A DNA stretch of 53,351 nt, filler included, from Malassezia furfur (taxonomy: Eukaryota), in assembly GCA_052055015.1 (NCBI GenBank). It is 2 parts of 2 records of this genome, joined end to end, with 100 filler letters (N's around TTAATTAATTAA, not from the genome) between each part and the next. Parts side by side here need not be neighbours in the genome. Positions count along the whole stretch, not along the records: positions 1 to 26,700 come from JBQJIT010000122.1; 1 more part is not named here. One strand, written 5' to 3'. Shown here in pieces: positions 1 to 8,559 of the stretch. The position numbers and the translations under genes were made by a program. Every line of letters starts with the position of its first letter. Within the stretch, counting starts at the first letter, position 1. The notes under the pieces are model-generated. The model ran no database searches, had not been told where the DNA came from, and saw nothing but the letters and a program-made list of their open reading frames with translations.

Positions 1-1069
1 TGCCGCTCGCCGCAACCACGCGAACGAGATTTCCGAAGAGGCGCAGGAGCGCATGAACCGTGAATACGCCCAGCCATTTGGTGTCCAGCTGAAACTCGTT
101 GTGGTTCGGAGCTTTTTGGCCTATTGGCGTGATCCGACCTATATGTCCTCAAAACTATTTCTGAACTTGTTTGGTGGTTTATTCATTGGATCAAGCTTCT
201 GGGGCCAGGGTTTAAAAAGCTCATCTGCGGCACTACAGAACAAGCTGTTTGCCGTATTCATGTCTCTCGTGCTGTCTACTTCGCTTGCGCAACAGTTGCA
301 ACCCGTGTTCATCGACCATCGGACACTGTTTGAAACGCGAGAAAAGCCTTCGAAGCTGTACAGCTGGGTCGTGCTCTTAATTGGGCTCATCCTGGTGGAG
401 ATTCCATGGAACTTGCTTGGCGGCACATTGTTTTGGGCACCGTGGTACTTTATGGTACAATTTGGAGCTGAGGGGAAGCGTTCGGGATACAGCTGGGGCA
501 TGTATATGCTTTTCCAAGTTTATTTCTCCACGTTTGCCCAGGCAATTGCGGCAATCTCGCCTAATGCGCTGGTTGCTTCGGTGCTATTTTCCACACTGTT
601 TTCCTTCGTGTTTGTGTTCTGTGGCGTAATGCAACCGCCCAAGCAGCTGCCTTACTTCTGGCGAAAATGGATGTATCCACTCGCTCCTTTTACCTATGTG
701 GTCGAAGGCCAGTTGGGAAATGCTATCCACGACAAACCGGTGATTTGCACGGAAGAGGAGATGAACACAATTATTCCTCCACAGGGTCAAACCTGTGACG
801 ACTACCTACAGCCGTATTCCTATCCTCTGAGTGTCAGACCGCCGGAAGAGAATCCAGGTGTTGGTTACTATGTGACGAAGGACGATAATACCTGTGGATT
901 TTGTTCCATGCGCCGAGGGGAGGATTACATGAACAGCATCGAGATGAATTCGCGATATCGTTATCGTGATCTCGGTATTGTATGTGCGTATATTGGGTTC
1001 AACCTGATCCTCGTGTTTGTACTTTATTACCTCTTCCGGGCTCGTCGCTGGAAAGGAAGGAGGCAGTAA
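1..1069 (+). CDS. PDR-type (ABCG, SNQ2/PDR12-like) ABC transporter, C-terminal part (TMD2); 5' end lies outside the window
   Basis: Frame open from base 2 to TAA 1067-1069. Contains REYAQPF, AYWRDPTY, LQNKLFAVF, REKPSKLYSW, FCGVMQPP, WMYPLAPFTY and RYRDLGI, collinear with TMD2 of the next gene. Confidence 0.95.
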   Translation, partial: AARRNHANEISEEAQERMNREYAQPFGVQLKLVVVRSFLAYWRDPTYMSSKLFLNLFGGLFIGSSFWGQGLKSSSAALQNKLFAVFMSLVLSTSLAQQLQPVFIDHRTLFETREKPSKLYSWVVLLIGLILVEIPWNLLGGTLFWAPWYFMVQFGAEGKRSGYSWGMYMLFQVYFSTFAQAIAAISPNALVASVLFSTLFSFVFVFCGVMQPPKQLPYFWRKWMYPLAPFTYVVEGQLGNAIHDKPVICTEEEMNTIIPPQGQTCDDYLQPYSYPLSVRPPEENPGVGYYVTKDDNTCGFCSMRRGEDYMNSIEMNSRYRYRDLGIVCAYIGFNLILVFVLYYLFRARRWKGRRQ

Positions 1070-1083
1070 AACCGCCTCGTACG

Positions 1084-1147
1084 AAAACCCTCCAAAAAAA
1101 ACCAAAAAAAAAAAAAAAAACAAAAAGACAAAAAACCAAAAAAAAAG
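1084..1147 (+). repeat. Interrupted poly(A)/A-rich low-complexity tract
   Basis: aaaaccctccaaaaaaaaccaaaaaaaaaaaaaaaaacaaaaagacaaaaaaccaaaaaaaaaa, immediately 3' of the first ABC gene stop. Confidence 0.9.
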
Positions 1148-2183
1148 GTTGATGACTGTAATGCCAGAGAGGACACGAAGTGTCCCACAATAATGTAATG
1201 TCATAATGCGGCTGCTGTCGCGCAGCTTGCTTTATAGTGTACAATATTGCTTTCCCTTGGGAACTAGAGGCAGGCCCAGGAGGGCCTTCTACGCGCTTGC
1301 GTCCAAGGAGGCCTACGTGATCTTGATACGAATCAGAACCCTAAGTACTCCTATATGCTTGGTATGAGAATGTGCAGGGGATTACCTGTATATGAATTTG
1401 TCAGGACATGGCCAAGCGCAAAATCGTGGCAGTCTACTCGCATTTCCCGTCAGGAAGGGAAGGACTCAATGCTATGTCGTATATAGATTATACCGATGGA
1501 GAAGGCTTTGCATAGAGCCGATGCGTCATAATCTACCAGCCCAATCGCAAATGGTTTCTATTGGTAGTTGACCCACTCGTATAACATGCTAATCGTGGCA
1601 TCCATAGGTGTTATAGCCACCTTTTGGAAAAGTCCATGAGCAAATGCCTACCTGCCAACTACAACGACTCTTCTGTATCAGCCGATGCCTGCGCCGTAGG
1701 GCCTAGACACAGCCAGGGTACGTTCGCACCAATTTAACGGGTTTCTTGTGGGCGGAGATGCAAGGGGAAGAATGTGACATCAATTTGCCCACTGTGCGTT
1801 GGCGTACGCGCCAATTTGCGGTTGGCCTTGGCGTGGGCGCCCAATCTCGGCACAGGCACCACCCAGCGCGCGGTGCAACCGCGGCGCCCTAGGGCCGGCC
1901 GAGCGACCGCGGAGGTCCGCCTGTCAAGTTCGCCCGATCCCTCGGTTGTATGTCTCCAACGTACGCCGTGCGTGGCCTCTTCATCGAACGATCGGGCCAA
2001 GCAGCCAATCCCTGTTTTTCGTTGCACGTAGAAGTAAGCGTGCATCCAACATCTACGGGGGAACCGTCAGCCCACCTATTCAGGCCGGCCGAGAATAACA
2101 CCTGCGTCGGTTGTGCGCTTGGATTTTTTGTGCCTCCAGCGGTCGTACGACGCTGGTCCTGACGCTAGGATCGCTCGGACGTC

Positions 2184-5100
2184 ATGACGACGAGACGCGA
2201 CGGGCACGGTTTGGATCCGGCATTCGAACCCTCTGTGCCCGAGCAGTACTCGCAGCTCTCTGAGGTCGGCCAGCTGGGGGAAATTCCGCTGGTTCGCCTC
2301 GAGACGCAGGCGGGCTCGGAGCAGCCGCGCAACAGTCGTCGCTACCATGATATTTATGGCGAGCGCTATACAGAGCGATTCGATGATCGCTTTGATGACA
2401 GGAGCATCGGCGGGTACACGCCGCAGGCAGCGGCCCGGAGCCATATGAACCTGCTGGCCAACGACTCGACCGACTTCCTGTCCCCTCAACTGGACAAACC
2501 GCTCACACCGCGGCAACCATACTCGCCGCGGATGGACCTGCATACACCGTACGGCGAGTACGGGACACCCAAGGAGTACTACAGCTCGTCGAGACAGCTG
2601 TACCGGCCCGATGCTGCCGAAGCTGCGCGTGAATCGCGCCGCCGACAGCGACGGAGCCGCAAGTCGGTCCCCATGGACTCACTTGACCCAGAGGGTGTGC
2701 AGGCACTGAGTCGGCGTCTGTCAAAGCATGTCAGCATGTCGCATCCTTCGCATGTCGCACCCGCTTTGGGCCCTTCGGCTTCTGCGCCGCCACGGGGCAT
2801 CCTGCGTACGCCCATGGAGTCCGACGTGCTGCACGAGCCCGAAAAGACAGAGAATGACGTGAAGCAACTCACAGCAGACCCATTCGATGAGGAAAACAAG
2901 TTTGACTTGGGGCAGATGCTGCGCCAGGTGTACGCTGAGTCGGACCAGCGTGGCAACCTGCGCCGGACGATGGGCATTGCGTTCCGCGACCTGACGGTGA
3001 CGGGCATCGGCTCCGGCGCGGAGCTGAACCAGACGTTTGGTAGTGTGCTGCTGTCGCCGCTGCGGATCATTCCCGGGATCCGTGCAATGATGCACCCGCC
3101 GATCAAGACCATCATTCAGGACTTTGAGGGATGTGTCAAGCCCGGCGAGATGCTCCTGGTGCTGGGCCGCCCAGGGAGTGGGTGTACGTCGTTCCTCAAG
3201 GCACTCTGCTCGTACCGCGATGGGTTCAAGAGCATCGATGGCACGGTCCTTTACGAAGGTCTCGACCATCGGAGCATCGACGGGCCACTGCGTGGCGACG
3301 TGGTGTACTCGCCCGAAGACGACGTGCACTTCTCCACGCTGACCGTCGGTCAGACGCTCAACTTTGCCACAGCGACGCGCGCGCCGAGCACACGGTACCG
3401 CATCACGCTGCCTGACGCGCCCGACGACCGCCAGCAGTACATTGACTACACGCGCGAGGTGCTGGCGACGATCCTCGGCCTGCGACACACCTACAACACC
3501 AAGGTCGGCAACGACATGATCCGTGGTGTGTCGGGTGGTGAGCGCAAGCGTGTGAGCATTGCCGAGACGCTTGCGACGCGTGCCAAGATCGCCATGTTCG
3601 ACAACTCGTCGCGTGGTCTCGACTCGTCGACGGCGCTCGAGTTTGTCACGGCGCTGCGCATCTCGACCAACATTTCGCTGAGCACGACGCTCGCGAGTAT
3701 CTACCAGGCCGGTGAGAACATCACGCAGCTCTTTGACAAGGTCGTCGTGCTCAACCAGGGCCGCATGGTGTACTTTGGCCCGCTCGCCTACGCCGTGGAC
3801 CATTTCCGGTCGATCGGGTTCGAGCCGCTCGACCGCCAGACCACGGCCGACTTCCTGGTGGCATGCACCGACTTCCAGGGCCAGAACATCAACCCCAACT
3901 TCCATGGCCCGGTCGCACGGCTCCCCGACGAGCAGGCGCAGGCGTTCCGCGAGTCGCCGGTCGGCCGCGCGAACCGTACCGAGGTGGAGAACTACATTGC
4001 GGTGATGATGTCGCGCCAGACAAAGCAGAATGCCAATATGTACGTCGACCTGGCGCGCGACGAGCGCGCGAAGCATACGCGCAAAGGGAGCAAGTACCTG
4101 CTTTCGTGGCCGATGCAGGTGCGGCTCGCACTCAAGCGCCGCACACAGGTCGCGTGGGGTGACATGGGCACGCACCTGACGGTGATGATTGCGGCGCTCT
4201 TCCAGGCGCTCATCATCGGCTCCGTGTTCTACCAGATGCCGGAAGACACTTCCGGTTTCTTCTCGCGCGGTGGTGTGCTCTTCTTCTCGCTGCTGTACAA
4301 CAGTTTCACGGGCATGTCGGAGATCTCTTTGGGGTACGAACAGCGCCCGATCGTGATCCGGCAGAAGCGGTTTGCGATGCTGCACCCCAGCGCCGATGCG
4401 CTGGGCAACACGATTCTCGACTTCCCCATCCGCATGGTGTCGCTGGTGATCTTTGATGTCGTGGTGTACTTCCTCACGGGCCTGAGCTACGACGCACAGA
4501 AGTTCTTCACCTACTTTGGCATTACGTGCCTGGTGACGTACTGCATGACGGCGTTCTTCCGCATGCTGGCCGCCTCGACCAAGTCGGAGCCGCTCGCGAC
4601 AATGTTTGGTGGTGTCGCGGTCCTGGACGTTGCGCTGTACACGGGCTATATGATCCCGCGTGGATCCATGATGGACTGGTGGCGCTGGCTCTCGTACTGG
4701 AACCCGGTGGCCTTTGGCTTCGAGATCCTGCTCGCAAACGAGTACCGCGGCATGCAGTTCCGGTGCAAGCAGCTCGTGCCGTACGGCGAGGGCTTCGACG
4801 ACCGCCCCGTGGCGAACAAGGTGTGCCCCGTTGCGGGTGCACAGCCAGGGGACGAGTACGTGGATGCGCCGACCTACCTCGACGCCACGTACGGCTTCAC
4901 GTGGGACCACACTGTCCGCAATGCCATGATCGTGCTGGGCTTCTGGGGCTTCTTCATCATCATGTACCTGCTTGCCTCCGAGAAGCAGATCGACCCCGCG
5001 GCGTCGGGCGGCACGATGCTGTTCAACCGTTCGACGTCAGCCAAGAGCGCCTTGCATGCGGCAGATACCAACGACGTCGAGGCACAGGACCGCAAGGACA

Positions 5101-7841
5101 CCGCACAGTATATCCAGGCGCAGCAGCAACAGCAGCACATTGACAACGTTCCGCATCCCACGCAACTCAAGGTGTCCGAGTCCATCTTCAGCTGGGAGAA
5201 CATCAACTACGACGTCACCATCAAGGGCAACCCCCGCCGCCTGCTCAACAACGTGTCCGGCTTTGTGGCGCCCGGCAAGATGACTGCGCTGATGGGCGAG
5301 AGTGGTGCCGGCAAGACGACGCTGCTCAATGTGCTCGCGCAGCGCACCGACGTCGGTGTGGTGCAGGGCGACTTTTTCGTCAACGGCATGCCGCTCCCCC
5401 GCTCGTTCCAGGCGGACACGGGCTACTGTCAGCAGCAGGACGTGCACTTGGCGCAGACGACGGTGCGTGAGGCGCTGCAGTTCTCGGCGCTGCTGCGCCA
5501 GCCGCGCGAGACGCCCAAGGAAGAGCGCATTGCGTACGTCGAGACGGTCATTGAGCTGCTCGAGATGCAGTCGTTTGCCGAGGCGCTCGTCGGCGACGTC
5601 GGCGAGGGTCTGAATGTCGAGCAGCGCAAGCGTCTTACGATTGGTGTGGAGCTGGCGGCGAAGCCGAGTCTGCTGCTGTTCCTGGACGAGCCGACGTCGG
5701 GTCTGGACGCGCAGGCGGCATGGTCGATTGTGCGTTTCCTGAAGAAGCTGGCGAGCGAGGGCCAGGCGATTCTGTGTACGATCCACCAGCCGAGTGGTGA
5801 GCTCTTTAACCAGTTCGACCGGCTGCTGCTGCTGCAAAAGGGTGGCAAGACAGTGTACTTTGGGGACACGGGCGAGAACTCGATGACGCTCATCCGCTAC
5901 TTTGAGGAGCGGAGCGGCGTCAAGTGTGAGGAAAACGCAAACCCCGCCGAGTACATTCTGGATGTGATTGGTGCTGGTGCGACGGCGACGACCGACAAGA
6001 ACTGGCACGAACTCTTCCTCCAGAGCCCGCAGTATGTGGAGATGAAGCAGCAACTCGCGCAGGTGCATCAGGCGAAGCGAGGGGCCGTCGACGAGACGAA
6101 TGCGCAGGCGAGTGCGCAGCGCGAGTATGCGCAGCCGTTCTTTGTGCAGCTGTCGGTGGTGACGCATCGTGCGTTCATCGCGTACTGGCGGAACCCGTTG
6201 TACCTCACGACCAAGATGATCCTGAACGTTGTGTCGGGTCTGGTGGTGGGCTCCTCGTTCTGGAAGCAGGGCAAGGAGCAGACCAAGATTGCGCTGCAGA
6301 ACCGTCTGTTTGCGTGCTTTTTGGCGCTGGTCGCCTCGACGTCGCTGTCGCAGCACCTGCAGCCCGAGTTTATCAAGTTCCGCGCGCTGTTTGAGGTGCG
6401 CGAGAAGCCGTCGAAGCTGTACTCTTGGCCCGTGATGGTGCTCAGTGCGCTGCTCGTCGAGATTCCGTGGAACTTCATTGGCGGCACGGTGTATTGGCTG
6501 CCGTGGTACTTCCTGATCCAGTTCCCCTCGGACTCGACGCGGTCTGCGTATAGCTGGGGCCTGTACATGCTCTTCCAGCTGTACTACTGCACCTTTGCGC
6601 AGGCGATGGCGGCCATTAGCCCCAACGCGATGATCGCCTCGATCCTCTTCTCCACCTTCTTTTCGTTTGTCGTCATCTTCTGTGGTGTGGTGCAGCCGCC
6701 CGACCTGCTCCCGTCGTTCTGGAAGGCGTGGATGTACCTGGTGTCGCCCTTCTTCTGGATCATGGAGGGCATGCTCGGCAATGCCGTGGGTGGTGTCGAC
6801 GTGCACTGCGCTGCGGACGAGATGCAGCGCATCATTCCGCCCACGGGCGAGTCGTGCATGGACTACCTGCGTGGCTTCTCCTCGCCGCAGGGCGACCCTG
6901 CGGGCGGCACGGGCTACTTTGAGCAGCAGACGGACGGCTCGTGCCTCTACTGCCAGTACCGCCGCGGCGACGACTACCTCTCCTCGGTCCGGATGCACGC
7001 ATCGGGGCGCTACCGGGACCTGGGCATCATTATCGCCTACATTGCGTTCAACACTGCCCTCCTCTTTGGTCTCTTCTACCTCTTCCGCATCCACAAGTGG
7101 GGCTCGAACAAGAACAAGAGCGCCGAGAGCGGCCCGGTGATGCAGGACGAGAGCGAGGCGGGCCCGGTGCCGCCGCCAACGATGCAGTCCGAGATGCCGA
7201 CCATGATGCTCGGCCCGCCGCACTCGATCGGGCTCGGCCTCGGGCACCACGCTGAGGCAAGCAACGAGGACCTCGGCAAGTCGCCGCTGAGCAACTTTGC
7301 GTCGCCCTCGTCGGCGAACCTCATGTCGAGTGCGCCGTACTACGGCGACGGCGGCTACCAGGGCGCCAAGGACGACCCGAGCAACATGGGCATGCACTCG
7401 CCCGTGTCGCCCTCGCACCCTCTGGCGCACAACACGTCGGCCATGTCGCTGGCCTCGCCGGTGATGCAGCCCACGACGCCGCCCATCGGCGCAGCGATCA
7501 CCACCGACGAAGGCGAGCCGGAGCGCCAGCATCGGCACAGCCGCCGTGCATCGCGCACCGCGCACCGGTCGAGCAAGCAGACCGCGCCGCGCACGCCGTA
7601 CGGTGCGCGCAGGACCGAGCGCGACACGTGGTTCGACGAGTACGCCGACCGCGGCGAGCCGGAGCGGTACGCCGAGCGCGGCGGGGAGCACCACTACCCC
7701 GACCGTGTGGTGGAGCGCTACACACGGCCCAAGCGCGGGTCGTCGCGCACGTCGCGCACGTCGCGTGCCATGTCTGGCCTGTCGTACTACTACGACGACG
7801 AATATGACCAATCCGGCCCGTACTACGAGGCACATGGATAG
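2184..7841 (+). CDS. Full-length PDR-type ABC transporter (NBD1-TMD1-NBD2-TMD2), 1885 aa
   Basis: NBD1 degenerate Walker A GRPGSGCTS and signature VSGGERKRVSIAE. NBD2 Walker A GESGAGKTT, LNVEQRKRLTIGVEL and LLFLDEPTSGLD. Both TMDs carry PDR-type Cys-rich extracellular loops. Confidence 0.97.
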   Translation: MTTRRDGHGLDPAFEPSVPEQYSQLSEVGQLGEIPLVRLETQAGSEQPRNSRRYHDIYGERYTERFDDRFDDRSIGGYTPQAAARSHMNLLANDSTDFLSPQLDKPLTPRQPYSPRMDLHTPYGEYGTPKEYYSSSRQLYRPDAAEAARESRRRQRRSRKSVPMDSLDPEGVQALSRRLSKHVSMSHPSHVAPALGPSASAPPRGILRTPMESDVLHEPEKTENDVKQLTADPFDEENKFDLGQMLRQVYAESDQRGNLRRTMGIAFRDLTVTGIGSGAELNQTFGSVLLSPLRIIPGIRAMMHPPIKTIIQDFEGCVKPGEMLLVLGRPGSGCTSFLKALCSYRDGFKSIDGTVLYEGLDHRSIDGPLRGDVVYSPEDDVHFSTLTVGQTLNFATATRAPSTRYRITLPDAPDDRQQYIDYTREVLATILGLRHTYNTKVGNDMIRGVSGGERKRVSIAETLATRAKIAMFDNSSRGLDSSTALEFVTALRISTNISLSTTLASIYQAGENITQLFDKVVVLNQGRMVYFGPLAYAVDHFRSIGFEPLDRQTTADFLVACTDFQGQNINPNFHGPVARLPDEQAQAFRESPVGRANRTEVENYIAVMMSRQTKQNANMYVDLARDERAKHTRKGSKYLLSWPMQVRLALKRRTQVAWGDMGTHLTVMIAALFQALIIGSVFYQMPEDTSGFFSRGGVLFFSLLYNSFTGMSEISLGYEQRPIVIRQKRFAMLHPSADALGNTILDFPIRMVSLVIFDVVVYFLTGLSYDAQKFFTYFGITCLVTYCMTAFFRMLAASTKSEPLATMFGGVAVLDVALYTGYMIPRGSMMDWWRWLSYWNPVAFGFEILLANEYRGMQFRCKQLVPYGEGFDDRPVANKVCPVAGAQPGDEYVDAPTYLDATYGFTWDHTVRNAMIVLGFWGFFIIMYLLASEKQIDPAASGGTMLFNRSTSAKSALHAADTNDVEAQDRKDTAQYIQAQQQQQHIDNVPHPTQLKVSESIFSWENINYDVTIKGNPRRLLNNVSGFVAPGKMTALMGESGAGKTTLLNVLAQRTDVGVVQGDFFVNGMPLPRSFQADTGYCQQQDVHLAQTTVREALQFSALLRQPRETPKEERIAYVETVIELLEMQSFAEALVGDVGEGLNVEQRKRLTIGVELAAKPSLLLFLDEPTSGLDAQAAWSIVRFLKKLASEGQAILCTIHQPSGELFNQFDRLLLLQKGGKTVYFGDTGENSMTLIRYFEERSGVKCEENANPAEYILDVIGAGATATTDKNWHELFLQSPQYVEMKQQLAQVHQAKRGAVDETNAQASAQREYAQPFFVQLSVVTHRAFIAYWRNPLYLTTKMILNVVSGLVVGSSFWKQGKEQTKIALQNRLFACFLALVASTSLSQHLQPEFIKFRALFEVREKPSKLYSWPVMVLSALLVEIPWNFIGGTVYWLPWYFLIQFPSDSTRSAYSWGLYMLFQLYYCTFAQAMAAISPNAMIASILFSTFFSFVVIFCGVVQPPDLLPSFWKAWMYLVSPFFWIMEGMLGNAVGGVDVHCAADEMQRIIPPTGESCMDYLRGFSSPQGDPAGGTGYFEQQTDGSCLYCQYRRGDDYLSSVRMHASGRYRDLGIIIAYIAFNTALLFGLFYLFRIHKWGSNKNKSAESGPVMQDESEAGPVPPPTMQSEMPTMMLGPPHSIGLGLGHHAEASNEDLGKSPLSNFASPSSANLMSSAPYYGDGGYQGAKDDPSNMGMHSPVSPSHPLAHNTSAMSLASPVMQPTTPPIGAAITTDEGEPERQHRHSRRASRTAHRSSKQTAPRTPYGARRTERDTWFDEYADRGEPERYAERGGEHHYPDRVVERYTRPKRGSSRTSRTSRAMSGLSYYYDDEYDQSGPYYEAHG

Positions 7842-7871
7842 ATGTATAGAAAGTTCATCCTGGGTATCATA

Positions 7872-8526
7872 CTACAAGAGAAGCACGGCGAGCAGCAAGA
7901 GAAACAGCAACTGAAAGCGTCAGCGTGTGTGCACGTACCGCGATGAGAATCCACACGCACCACCCGTTGAGGCGTGCGTAGGCATGCACCAGGAAGCGGT
8001 CCATGCGCTTGACCGCCGCCTGGAGCTGTGTCTGTGCGCGGTCGACGTCCGTGTCGAAGTCGTGAAGCATCACTGCATGCTCATCCGCCTCGGTGCCAAT
8101 CAGCTCCGCTTGCGATCGCAGCGTGGTGAGCGACGAGCCGATCTGGTTTAGCGCGCGGTCTTGGTTCGCGAGGAGCAGCTGCTGTTGCTCCTGCTCCCAC
8201 GCGAGCGACGTCGTGGGCCGCGCGTCCTCCGCACCCGCATCCGAGTGCAGCGCACGCTCCAGGCGGCTCAGCTCGCGCTCGCTCGTCTGCACAAACGCCT
8301 TGCGCCGCTCCAGCTCGGCGGGCGACACGCCGAAGCGCGACGCGCCGCCCTGCTCCACGACGCGCACCGTCTGCCGGAGCTCGGCGAGGTCCTGGCGCAG
8401 CGAGGTGAGGGTCTCACTGAACTCTGCGCGCGTGCTCCCGTCGCGCTGGAAGGTGTCGCGGAGCGTGCGTGCCGCGTGGAAGGAGCTCTGGATGTCCTGC
8501 GCGAGGCCTTCGTACGAATCGCGCAT
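7872..8526 (-). CDS. TLG1: t-SNARE, syntaxin-6/Tlg1-like
   Basis: ATG at 8526 (MRDSYEGLAQDIQ), Syntaxin-6 N-terminal-like FGVSPAELERRKAFV, SNARE motif QDRALNQIGSSLTTLRSQAELIGTEADEH. Removing a 28-nt intron (7911-7938) gives the C-terminal TM anchor WILIALLFLLLLAVLLL*. Confidence 0.88.
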
Positions 8527-8533
8527 CGTGGGC

Positions 8534-8549
8534 GCAGCCACGTGGCTGC
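8534..8549. promoter_or_regulatory. Perfect 16-bp palindrome GCAGCCACGTGGCTGC (CACGTG core) in the 33-bp TLG1/UGGT divergent spacer
   Basis: Read directly from the sequence; regulatory function is inferred. Confidence 0.5.
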
Positions 8550-8559
8550 TTCGTCGACC

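Noticed and set aside
806..1244. Phe-rich minus-strand ORFs
   Set aside because: Artefacts of translating the poly(A) tract in reverse.
2721..7835. 729-aa and 932-aa minus-strand ORFs
   Set aside because: Antisense shadows of the ABC transporter, with no protein-like motifs.
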